Shown in pieces: positions 22,034-32,974 of a stretch of 64,000 nucleotides of DNA. The stretch covers positions 132,204 to 196,203 of the forward strand of contig CAVTRL010000003.1 of the NCBI GenBank assembly GCA_963737125.1, read 5' to 3'. The notes beneath the pieces were generated by a model, which was not told the DNA's origin, made no database searches, and saw only the letters and a program-made list of their open reading frames with translations. Position numbers and translations under genes: made by a program. Source of the DNA: an uncultured Chloroflexia bacterium (GTDB lineage: Bacteria; Chloroflexota; UBA5177). Each line of letters starts with the position of its first letter. Position 1 is the first letter of the stretch.

Positions 22034-23728
22034 TCAGTCCTCGTCGAGGTAGATCTGGTCTCGCGTGGTCCCGCTCTCCACGGCGCCGGCGTCACGCTTG
22101 CGGGCATCCCGCCGGTCGAAGTAGGTGCCCCACTCGTCGGCCGCCATCATACTGGTGCCGCCGTGACGAGTCGCGCGCAGACGGGTCTGACAGATTACCG
22201 GGGTGTTGAGAGAGCTACCCGCGATCACCACCTGGCCCTTAGACAGCGCGGGTAGCTCGTCGAGCAGGTCACGGCCCACGCTTTCCACCGCACTGGCGAT
22301 GCTGGCCTGATCGATCGGATTCACAATGCGCATGATGAAGTGCGTCATGCACTGGGAAAGCACATCGCCGTCCAGCTTGCCGGGCCGCTGGCTGATCAAT
22401 CCGACTCCCACCCCGAATTTACGGCCCTCGGATAAGACCTGTTTCAGGATGTTGGTACTGACCACGTCGGCGCTGGCCGGCGCGAAATGGTGCGCTTCCT
22501 CGAGCAGACAGAACACCGGATACGGCAGATAGCGCTCGTCGCCTTCGTGGCTGTTCCCCTTGGCGGTGTCCATACGGGCCTTGAGCACGCGTCGCAACAG
22601 GGTCGCGACGATGACCTGCTGGTCGCGTTGATCGATTTCGTTGAGCTGCAGTACCGTACACTGTCCGGGTTGGAACAGCTCGTTGAGATCGAGGTGCCGG
22701 TTGTCGTCGAAATTAGGAGAATTCTTGAGCTGCCGCTCGATGCGCCAGAGCAGACCCGCCACGCTGCTGCTGTAGTCGATATTGCGTTCGGCGTACTCCC
22801 GGTCGATATCGTTCACGGCATTGACCAGATCGTTCAAGGTCCACTTGCCGTCAACCGCGCTGCCGTCCTCGCGCTGGACCCGATTGAAGGCCTCGGTGAG
22901 GATCCACTCCATGCGCTCGCCGAGCGATGGAAGAAGGTACCGCAGGTCATCAAGTGTGAGATTCGAGATTCGCACTTTGACCTGTTGCGGCTTGAAGATG
23001 CGTACTTTCGGCCGGTAATCGCCCTCGCAAAACGCTTCGATGTTTTGCATGTCGGCCAGGGTGGAATATTCGCCATGCGGGTCCGCGATCAGCACGCAAC
23101 CCTTGTTGTACGGTTTCATCAATTCTTCGATGGCCACACCGGCCAGGTAGCTCTTTCCCGATCCCGTGCCCGCGATGATGGACAGATGCGTGCTGGTAAA
23201 TTCGTTCACGTCGAGCGCTACCGGCACTTCACCGGGTGCCCTGCTGAGCAGCGAGCCGACGTGCGCCGAGCCCCGCTCGCCGACTTTTCGGCGGCTCAGC
23301 ACTTCGCTCAGCATGTCGTTGGGCGCGAGATAGATCGAGTCCCCGCTGCGCGGCAGAATCCGTGGATTGACGAAGGCACTCAGCCCGGGATCGAAATGGC
23401 CCATCACGGTCACGGTTACCTCGAAGAGCTCATCTTCGTCGTCGAGATAGCCGACGGCGGCCGCTATTTCGGCCGGCGAGACGTCGGGCGACGCCATGAA
23501 CGAATCCGGGAAGAGCCGTACGGGCGCGCGCTGCACGATCCGGCCGAGTACGGGCCGCTGTCCCTCGACGCCATGCAACATGTAAAAGACAAATTCCCCG
23601 ACCTTGCAGGTGCCATCCTCGTCCGGGCTAATAAAGAGGAACTGATGCGCGTGAATACCTGGTCCCTTGGCAGTGCCGATCTTCGCGTAGCTCACGGCTA
23701 GCCTGCCGGAACAACGCGTGATTTCCAC
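22034..23728 (-). CDS. HerA/FtsK-superfamily (DUF87) P-loop ATPase with N-terminal HAS-barrel
   Basis: HAS-barrel-like N-terminus. Walker A IIAGTGSGKSYLAGVAIEEL. Walker B VFCLLEEAHHFAP. C-terminal ISQRPGKLDGDVLSQCMTHFIMRIVNPIDQ region typical of HerA. Confidence 0.8.
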   Translation of the reverse strand: MEITRCSGRLAVSYAKIGTAKGPGIHAHQFLFISPDEDGTCKVGEFVFYMLHGVEGQRPVLGRIVQRAPVRLFPDSFMASPDVSPAEIAAAVGYLDDEDELFEVTVTVMGHFDPGLSAFVNPRILPRSGDSIYLAPNDMLSEVLSRRKVGERGSAHVGSLLSRAPGEVPVALDVNEFTSTHLSIIAGTGSGKSYLAGVAIEELMKPYNKGCVLIADPHGEYSTLADMQNIEAFCEGDYRPKVRIFKPQQVKVRISNLTLDDLRYLLPSLGERMEWILTEAFNRVQREDGSAVDGKWTLNDLVNAVNDIDREYAERNIDYSSSVAGLLWRIERQLKNSPNFDDNRHLDLNELFQPGQCTVLQLNEIDQRDQQVIVATLLRRVLKARMDTAKGNSHEGDERYLPYPVFCLLEEAHHFAPASADVVSTNILKQVLSEGRKFGVGVGLISQRPGKLDGDVLSQCMTHFIMRIVNPIDQASIASAVESVGRDLLDELPALSKGQVVIAGSSLNTPVICQTRLRATRHGGTSMMAADEWGTYFDRRDARKRDAGAVESGTTRDQIYLDED

Positions 23729-24327
23729 GCCAGATTATTTTTGAGCACGGCAATCACTCGTTTGCCTTCCGGGAACGCGGGCTCGAGCCCTTCGAGAATA
23801 GTGAGCAGAAGATTCGCCATCATGGGATCGTTTCGAGACATCAGGGCCGGCAAGTAGCCCATGAAGAAGCGGCCTTTGCCGTCCCGATGGAACTCTTCGG
23901 CGGCGCCAGGCTCCATCACCTCGACAACATTGCCGATCTGACCGGAGATGGCCGGTACCGCGTGATGCGCTCCGGAGGCGTCGAGCCAGCCGAGGATCAG
24001 GATGTCGACGAGCACGCCCTTCTCATTCAAATAGTCGGGGGAGAATACCGCGAGCTCGGCGTCGCTGGAGAGACGGGGACCAAAGTTTCCGTACTCCGGG
24101 TTGAGCAGGAGGGTATCGCGAACCACTCCGACCAGCGTCACGCTAGAGTTGAGCACTGGCGTCACGGTGACGAACGTGCCGAACGAGTACTGCTGCGGAG
24201 CGGGCACGCGCGCGGTCTCCAGCTTCCCGTACACCCTACAGAGATACGAGATATGCGAATTCGATTTAACGATAGTACCGATAAGCACGTGCTTCCTCGC
24301 GGTAGGGGGTCGCGCGAAGTGTATCAC
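23698..24327 (-). CDS. Hypothetical 209-aa protein translationally coupled to the HerA-like ATPase
   Basis: Stop overlaps or abuts the HerA start (GTG 23728 or GTG 2 nt after the stop). I see no recognisable NurA, SIR2 or nuclease motif. Confidence 0.55.
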   Translation of the reverse strand: MIHFARPPTARKHVLIGTIVKSNSHISYLCRVYGKLETARVPAPQQYSFGTFVTVTPVLNSSVTLVGVVRDTLLLNPEYGNFGPRLSSDAELAVFSPDYLNEKGVLVDILILGWLDASGAHHAVPAISGQIGNVVEVMEPGAAEEFHRDGKGRFFMGYLPALMSRNDPMMANLLLTILEGLEPAFPEGKRVIAVLKNNLAWKSRVVPAG

Positions 24328-24477
24328 ACGCCCGGACGCCGCGATTGGGCGTTCTTGCTACCCTCCAGCGGCGCTGGCTATAGTGGCTTGTGTGCACGAT
24401 GTCCGGGCCACAGCATCAACGTGGTGCTCATTCCATCACCTCCTTTGAGGGTGTCCTTGACTTCACGACTGGCCGAC

Positions 24478-24963
24478 ATGACACGTGTGGACCGCGTCAG
24501 GCGCAATCACGCGCTGGAACACGCCACGATCAGCATCATTACCGAGCGACATCCCAAGGTCTTCCTATCGGGGCGGTCCAATCGAAAGGGCTTTTACGTC
24601 TTCGGGGAGATCGAGACTCGCGAGCTTGGATCGGCTATCAGCGAAGCGCTGCGACGGCTGAAGGCGGGTGAAGCGGAGCTGGCAATTCATCCGCGCTGCG
24701 GCACCAATCTGGCCGTTGCCGGGATCTTGTCCGGTGTAGCGGCGGCCCTGGCGGCGCAGCTTCGTCCTCGACAGAACCGGTTCAGCTATGCTGTGCTGGC
24801 ATCGATCGGCGCGCTCATGGTGGCGCCCGGGGTGGGAACCGAAGTGCAGCGACACTGGACCACGCTGGCCGATATCTCGAATCTCAGCGTAACCCGCGTG
24901 GTACGACGCCGTTTTCCGCTGGTTCGCACGAGCAGTCACTGGGTAGAAACGCACTCGACCTAA
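24478..24963 (+). CDS. Conserved hypothetical protein (HALEH...IHPRCGT motifs)
   Basis: 161-aa ORF divergent from the HerA pair. Possible metal-binding HxxEH and HPxCGT motifs. C-terminal hydrophobic segments. Confidence 0.5.
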   Translation: MTRVDRVRRNHALEHATISIITERHPKVFLSGRSNRKGFYVFGEIETRELGSAISEALRRLKAGEAELAIHPRCGTNLAVAGILSGVAAALAAQLRPRQNRFSYAVLASIGALMVAPGVGTEVQRHWTTLADISNLSVTRVVRRRFPLVRTSSHWVETHST

Positions 24964-25045
24964 CCTAGCGACGTTTGCACCGGTCCTTGCCACGACGGGG
25001 GGTGAGGGCTGCACCTGTCTACATTTTACTGGAGCTGAGGGAGGA

Positions 25046-27159
<2,114 letters not shown>

Positions 27160-27502
27160 CTGGTCCATCAGGCATGTGAAGAGGGCGTCCCCACGTGGGC
27201 GCCCTCTTCCATTTCAACCCGGGTAATCCTGCGAATCACGTATTGGCCACTGCCAGGTTCGCCCCGACAGTAGGGCTCTCCAAAGTCACATAGGTCCGGG
27301 GGATCAGTTTGACATGGGACCGATTATCATCGAGATCGGCCGGGGTGCGCGAACCAACATGGCCTCCCGCCCCAGTTCGTCGGAAAAGGTGCCTGACGCG
27401 GATGCAGCTGTTCCGCGGCCTGGAGTTGGTGGACGAATTGTTTGACAGTCGACCTCCGGCGAGATAAATTTTAGTCATTCAAGAAAATTTGGGCGAGTAA
27501 GA

Positions 27503-28363
27503 ATGGCTGCAAACGAACTTCCGGAACTCTACAGCCTCGAAACCATCGAGCAGATGCGGGCGATCGCCGACCAATTGCGGCAACGCGTTATGCGCGAGCT
27601 GCTGGAGGAACCCCGTACGGTGACGCAGGTGGCGGAGGCGCTAGGGCTCGCGCCGGCAAAGGTTCACTACCACGTGCGAGAACTGGAGCGGGTCGGTTTG
27701 GTAAAGCTTGTATTTACGCGGGAGAAGGGCGGAATTCTGGAGAAGTACTTCCAGCCGGTGGCCCGAAACCTGTTCGTGGACGACGATCTGCTGCTACAGA
27801 CACCCCCCGAGGAGTATATCGATCTGGCCAACCGGATACTAGGCGACGTGCGCACGAATTTCGTCAATGCTCTCTCTCGTACGGTGGAGCATCCAGACGA
27901 GCACGACTTCGTGACTCTGCGGATCGGCCACCTGTGGATCACGCCCGATGAGTTCACCCGACTCAAGCAGGATCTTGCAGCGCTCGAGCAACGCTATCAA
28001 CAGCGCCGCGGACTCGATGAGGAGCGAGAGGTCAGCATGGTGGTCGTCACGAACGAACCCGGCCCGGTGCGGGATGACGCACCACCGGAAAAGGTGCCGT
28101 CACCGCAGGTCCATGCGTCCCGCCTACAGGGCGATCCCGCCCAACCACATAGGACGTGGGCCGTCGGCGCTTTCAACTGGAGCGCCGCCGACCTGCAAAC
28201 GTCACTGCAGCGAGGTGAAACACTGGACATCACGATCATCGGGGTCTGCACCTTCGACGCGGACGTGAGTGCCGAACTAGCGGATCGTGCGATTTCCCGT
28301 TTCAACGTTCTGGGCAAACTCATCGCATCGCCCGAAGTACGCGAGGTGCTCACGAGCAGGTAG
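27503..28363 (+). CDS. ArsR-type HTH transcriptional regulator with C-terminal extension
   Basis: RTVTQVAEALGLAPAKVHYHVRELERVGLV winged HTH, followed by an about 180-aa domain of unknown function. Lies upstream of an MFS transporter. Confidence 0.65.
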   Translation: MAANELPELYSLETIEQMRAIADQLRQRVMRELLEEPRTVTQVAEALGLAPAKVHYHVRELERVGLVKLVFTREKGGILEKYFQPVARNLFVDDDLLLQTPPEEYIDLANRILGDVRTNFVNALSRTVEHPDEHDFVTLRIGHLWITPDEFTRLKQDLAALEQRYQQRRGLDEEREVSMVVVTNEPGPVRDDAPPEKVPSPQVHASRLQGDPAQPHRTWAVGAFNWSAADLQTSLQRGETLDITIIGVCTFDADVSAELADRAISRFNVLGKLIASPEVREVLTSR

Positions 28364-28458
28364 AACCCATTGAGCACGTCGTAAACAGGCGCGTGGTCCC
28401 GCTACCAACGTCACCACGCACCCAGAGCCCACCGCACGTCAAAGAACGGAGGATTCGA

Positions 28459-29838
28459 GTGGATACTACCACGCAGCCCAAACTTTCCCCTACCGCACGG
28501 CCATTCCCATTGATCAATCGCAATTTTGGACTGCTGTGGACCGGCCAGGCGGTCTCTAATGTCGGCGACCTGGTGTTCGACACCACGTTGCTCCTATGGA
28601 TTGCCACACGATTGGCGGCCGGTATGTCTTGGGCGCCACTGGCGGTAAGTGGTGTGCTGCTGTCTGTCCTGATTCCCACCATCGTTGCTGGCCCGTGGGC
28701 AGGCGTGTTTGTGGATCGGTGGGACAAGCGACGGACGATGATCGTGATGGATGTATTGCGGACCGCGCTAATCGTGTTGTTGCTGCCTCTGACTGGGCTC
28801 GTTCCCATCTCTGGATTGCATCCTTTGATCGGCTGGCAGCTGGCCTGTATCTATGCGGTCGTCGTGCTAACGACCGTATGTTCCCTCTTTTTTCGGCCTG
28901 CGCGTGTGGCACTCATCGGCGACGTCGTGGCACCTGAAGAACGGTCCCGTGCGAGCGGACTCGGTCAGACGACTCAGCATCTAGCCACGCTGCTCGGTCC
29001 TCCGGTTGCCGGACCGCTCTATTTCACGCTTGGTGCGCGCTGGGCTTTGCTGGCGGATGCGGCGTCGTTCGCCGCCTCCTGTGTGCTCATTAGATTGGTC
29101 AACGCTCCCTCCTCGGCGCGAAGTGTGCCGATGGGCGAACGGGGACACGCCTTCCGTGAAGTGCGCGAGGGGCTCCGTTTCTTCAGTCAAAGTCGCGTGC
29201 TCGTGACGATAACCCTTTCTGCCGCCATTATCATGTTCGGAGCAGGCTCGCTCGATGCCCTTGACGTATTCTTTGTAACCCTCACCCTGCACGCCTCTGC
29301 CGCATGGTACGGCCTGATTTCGGCTTCCATGGGTGCGGGAGCTCTGCTGGGTGCAATTGGGGTAAGCATATTCGCGAAGAAGCTGAACATGGCGCATGTG
29401 TTCTGGGTCTCCATGCTGCTCTGTGGTCTCCTGATTGTGCTGTACTCTCGGATGACCGCCTTCGTGCCGGCAATTGTCGTGCTCTTCGCCGCAGGCATTC
29501 CAATGGCAGCTCTCAACGTGTCGGTGATGCCGCTAATGCTGCAGGTGACGCCGCGCGAGCTGATTGGTCGTGTGTCGGGCGTGTTGCAGCCTGCAGTCAG
29601 TGTCGCAAGTGTCGGAGGAATCGGCATTGCCGGCTTTTTAGCGGGCACGGTACTGCACGGCTTCCGCGCGCGCGTCCTGGGTATGACGTTCGGCCCGACG
29701 GACACCATTTTCATGGCCGCCGGGTTCTTGGGACTGGTGGCCGGGGTGTACGCGATGTATGGGCTGCGGGGTGTCTCGACGCTCAAGTTGGTAGAGGTGG
29801 GCGGTACCGGGCACGAGTCTGTGGAGGTGCCTGCATAG
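28459..29838 (+). CDS. MFS transporter
   Basis: GTG start after an AACGGAGGA RBS. Twelve predicted TM helices. MFS-type motif DRWDKRRTM. Confidence 0.8.
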   Translation: MDTTTQPKLSPTARPFPLINRNFGLLWTGQAVSNVGDLVFDTTLLLWIATRLAAGMSWAPLAVSGVLLSVLIPTIVAGPWAGVFVDRWDKRRTMIVMDVLRTALIVLLLPLTGLVPISGLHPLIGWQLACIYAVVVLTTVCSLFFRPARVALIGDVVAPEERSRASGLGQTTQHLATLLGPPVAGPLYFTLGARWALLADAASFAASCVLIRLVNAPSSARSVPMGERGHAFREVREGLRFFSQSRVLVTITLSAAIIMFGAGSLDALDVFFVTLTLHASAAWYGLISASMGAGALLGAIGVSIFAKKLNMAHVFWVSMLLCGLLIVLYSRMTAFVPAIVVLFAAGIPMAALNVSVMPLMLQVTPRELIGRVSGVLQPAVSVASVGGIGIAGFLAGTVLHGFRARVLGMTFGPTDTIFMAAGFLGLVAGVYAMYGLRGVSTLKLVEVGGTGHESVEVPA

Positions 29839-30034
29839 TGCACGACCACCGTTTGGTCGAGATACTGCGACGTGCGGCACGCCATCCCTCGGCGACACAG
29901 TCATTCATGCCGCTGAGCGGCGCCACGCCCTCGGATAACTCAGGGACTCAGCGGTGAGGGCGTTCGACCGTGTTCGGATGTTCTCACTGCTCGACTCGTT
30001 CGAGTGAACGCGTGAGGGTATCGCGAACCGAGGC

Positions 30035-30472
30035 TCAGTCTCTCGGACCACCGGTGTAGCTCATCCGCACCCAGCGGTCGATGAAGTAGAACGCGTTGAT
30101 GAGCAAGACGGTTGCCATGACGACGATTCCCTTGTCGCCTGCCACATCGCCCGAGATCGCGTCGAGCGGGATGGCGAGAGCAAGCGTTCCAGCCATCACC
30201 TTCATCGGACTCTCACCGCTAACCATGCGCTTCGGTTTGACGATCTTCCGGCTTCCACTCTGCTGAGCCACGCGGGCATCGATCCGACCCTCGATCCGGG
30301 TTAGGAAGGCCTCGAGCACCTGATCTTCCAGGGGTCTGGCCCCAGTTCCCAGTGCGTATTGACCGCAGCCCTGAGATCCATCACGACCTCCTGATCGGCG
30401 ATTGAACCTGGACCGCGTCTTTTCGCCGGCATGAGCGTCTCCATTTCCAGTTGGATTGGACGCATTGTGCAC
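30035..30472 (-). CDS. DUF1232 (YkvA-like) domain protein; exact start unclear
   Basis: KRMVSGESPMKVMAGTLALAIPLDAISGDVAGDKGIVVMATVLL resembles the DUF1232 core (IPDFIPVLGYLDD). Confidence 0.45.
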   Translation of the reverse strand: MHNASNPTGNGDAHAGEKTRSRFNRRSGGRDGSQGCGQYALGTGARPLEDQVLEAFLTRIEGRIDARVAQQSGSRKIVKPKRMVSGESPMKVMAGTLALAIPLDAISGDVAGDKGIVVMATVLLINAFYFIDRWVRMSYTGGPRD

Positions 30473-30794
30473 CCGTAGCCGCCAAGATTCCGATGGTGGC
30501 TCTCAATGTGTCGGTCGTGACGCTTTCCTTCAAGCTGATTCCCAGCTACCCGGTCCATCGTCGCGATGCTCGACGTGTTCAGACCGACATCGAACCGGTT
30601 CAGGGCTCGACCACGACCCGGCGAAACACGTCGTCACGACGCCAACCGGTCTCCTTCCGGTTGGTTTGGGACAACCGAATGCCTATCATGGTCCTCAATT
30701 GGCGAGACGGCAAAAGAGTCGGTTTTCTGGCGCGATAACGCCAAAACGTGACGCTTACGAGAATTGTATTTGATGCGTCGTTCTGCTATTATTA

Positions 30795-30806
30795 GAACAG
30801 ATGTTC
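30795..30806 (+). promoter_or_regulatory. Candidate LexA (SOS) box, GAACagatGTTC
   Basis: Perfect GAAC-N4-GTTC palindrome in a low-GC promoter region, 32 nt upstream of ATG 30838. Confidence 0.45.
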
Positions 30807-30837
30807 AACAAGGGTAGCGACGAGGAAGGACAGGGAA

Positions 30838-31446
30838 ATGAAGAAAGAGTACATCATCGAGCGACTGGGCAAGCAGTTCGTTTTGTACGAAGGCCTGCTG
30901 GACGAAGCGCATCAGCAGGGGCTATGCCGTATCTCCACCACGCTCATTCAGGTGCCCCATCCTGATAACGGCAACAGCGCCATCGTCGCCGCCGAGGTGG
31001 AAACCTCCAAGGGCTCATTCAGCGGTATTGGCGACGCGTGTCCGAGCAACGTCGGACGTCCGATTGTGCCGCACATCGTTCGCATGGCGGAGACGAGGGC
31101 GAAGGCACGGGCTTTGCGGGATGCGGTCAACATCGGCGTTACCGCGGTGGAAGAACTGGGTGACCTGGACGAGCAGCCGGTTGAGGCATCGCGCCGAGGA
31201 GCCTTCGACGTACCGGCCGTAGCAGAATCCACCGGCCAATATCGCACCGATGTGCCGAAGGCGTCGCCGTACAAGCCGGCCAGCGCGAATCAGCTGGCCA
31301 CGGTGGCGAAGTTATCGCGGTTGCTGGGACGTCCGGAGGAATTGACCGAAAACATGACGTCGGCCGATGCCTCGGATCGCATCACCGAGCTTTCGCGTGA
31401 ATACAACGAGCGAAAGGGCAGTATCGCGGTACAGCGTTCCGCCTAG
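30838..31446 (+). CDS. Hypothetical protein, possibly SOS-regulated; possible Erf/Rad52-like annealing-protein fold (tentative)
   Basis: 202 aa. Conserved-looking N-terminal core (IVAAEVETSKGSFSGIGDACPSNV...IVRMAETRAKARALRDAVNIG) plus an acidic, disordered C-terminal half. Confidence 0.55.
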   Translation: MKKEYIIERLGKQFVLYEGLLDEAHQQGLCRISTTLIQVPHPDNGNSAIVAAEVETSKGSFSGIGDACPSNVGRPIVPHIVRMAETRAKARALRDAVNIGVTAVEELGDLDEQPVEASRRGAFDVPAVAESTGQYRTDVPKASPYKPASANQLATVAKLSRLLGRPEELTENMTSADASDRITELSREYNERKGSIAVQRSA

Positions 31447-31462
31447 CTCGAAAAGTACCGGG

Positions 31463-31499
31463 CCGGTTCCACCGCAATGCGGTGGAACCGGCTTTTTTT
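31463..31499 (+). terminator. Rho-independent terminator
   Basis: CCGGTTCCACCGC-AAT-GCGGTGGAACCGG followed by CTTTTTTTA. Confidence 0.85.
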
Positions 31500-31605
31500 A
31501 TTTACCACCTGTTTAACGCGAGGTAAGTAGCGGTTAAGAACTCACTGATAGAGTTTGGCTTACAGAGAACTATCGCGTATCGCGCAAACCGTATCGGAGA
31601 GCTGA

Positions 31606-32961
31606 ATGACCGATTCACAGACGAAAAGCCGCACTGCCGGCAAAGCCACGGAGAGCTTCCAACAGGCGCTCATCGATGTGGCGCATCTCATGCGCCGGGC
31701 CGGCTTTGGGGCACCGGCCGCCGACATCCTGGCAGCCGCGCGGCGGGGGCGCGAGGAGACAGCTCAGATGCTGGTGGCGTACGACCAGGTACCCGAGACG
31801 CCTCCTCCACCCCCGGCTTCCATCAACGATCCGAAGTCACGTCAATCGGACGATCTTGGCGCCTGGTGGCTCGATCGCATGATCACCACGGCGCGGCCAC
31901 TTCAGGAAAAAATGACGCTCTTCTGGCACGGTCATTTCGCCACCGCGATATCGAAGGTCGCGCGGCCCTATCTGATGTACGTGCAGAACGAGACGCTTCG
32001 CACCAACGCGCTCGGCCGGTTCGACGACATATTGACGGCGGTGTACAAAGACCCGGCGATGCTGATCTGGCTCGACGGCGAGCGCAACATCAAGGGCGCG
32101 CCGAACGAAAACTGGGGTCGCGAGGTGATGGAGCTCTTTACGCTGGGGCGTGGGAACTACACGGAGGACGATGTACACGCGAACTCCCGGGCGTTTACCG
32201 GCTGGCGTGTCGGCTCCGACGGGCAGGCGGTCTTCGTGCCACGTCTCTTCGACTCCGGAACCAAAACACTGTTGGGACAAACCGGCAACTGGACGAGCGA
32301 CGACGCCGTGCGCATTCTCTCGTCACACCCCGCGACGGGACCCTTCCTGGCAACGAAGCTCTGGAAATTCTTCGCGACCGACACGCCGCCGCAGAAAGCG
32401 ATCGATACTCTTGCCCAGGCCTATGAGGAGAGCGATCACAGCATCCGCGCGGTCATGACGAAGCTGCTCACGATGCCCGAGTTCTACAGCGAGAAAACGC
32501 GAACCGGACATTTCAAGAGCCCGGTTGAATTTGTCGTGGCGGCGATTCGACAGTTGGGAATTCAACAGGTCGACACATCAACCTTTCCACGCTTTCTCAC
32601 CTTGCTGGGTCAGGAGCTATTCAACCCGCCAAACGTTGGAGGGTGGCCCGGGGGCGCGAACTGGATCAGCGCGGGGAGCATGCTCTCTCGATTCAACTTT
32701 GCGTCACACCTGACCGGCGACGCGCCCGGCTCAGTCGGGATCGTGGACGGCGGTGCACTGCTGGCGGCGAGCGATGTGGATACGACCCAGGAGCTGATGG
32801 AAAGCGTGGCCGACGTTCTGGGTCTGCAGCTCAGCGCGCAGACCAGTGCAGCCTTCATGAATTATCTCGGGAGGGGCTCCATCGATTCGATCGACCCGGA
32901 TGTCAAGGTACGAGGACTGGTACACCTTGCTCTGGCCTCTCCGGAATACCAGCTGTCATGA
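31606..32961 (+). CDS. DUF1800 family protein
   Basis: FWHGHFATAISKV, LIWLDGERN and NENWGREVMELFTLG motifs are characteristic of DUF1800. Confidence 0.75.
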   Translation: MTDSQTKSRTAGKATESFQQALIDVAHLMRRAGFGAPAADILAAARRGREETAQMLVAYDQVPETPPPPPASINDPKSRQSDDLGAWWLDRMITTARPLQEKMTLFWHGHFATAISKVARPYLMYVQNETLRTNALGRFDDILTAVYKDPAMLIWLDGERNIKGAPNENWGREVMELFTLGRGNYTEDDVHANSRAFTGWRVGSDGQAVFVPRLFDSGTKTLLGQTGNWTSDDAVRILSSHPATGPFLATKLWKFFATDTPPQKAIDTLAQAYEESDHSIRAVMTKLLTMPEFYSEKTRTGHFKSPVEFVVAAIRQLGIQQVDTSTFPRFLTLLGQELFNPPNVGGWPGGANWISAGSMLSRFNFASHLTGDAPGSVGIVDGGALLAASDVDTTQELMESVADVLGLQLSAQTSAAFMNYLGRGSIDSIDPDVKVRGLVHLALASPEYQLS

Positions 32962-32974
32962 ACCAGGGGGTAAC

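Noticed and set aside
22487-23701. 404-aa plus-strand ORF
   Set aside because: Antisense to the HerA-like ATPase. Composition is low-complexity. Shadow ORF.
29997-30010. Palindrome CGTTCgagtGAACG, considered as a second LexA box
   Set aside because: Half-site orientation is GTTC-N4-GAAC, the inverse of the LexA GAAC-N4-GTTC box. It sits between convergent gene ends, so it is more likely a hairpin or terminator-type element.
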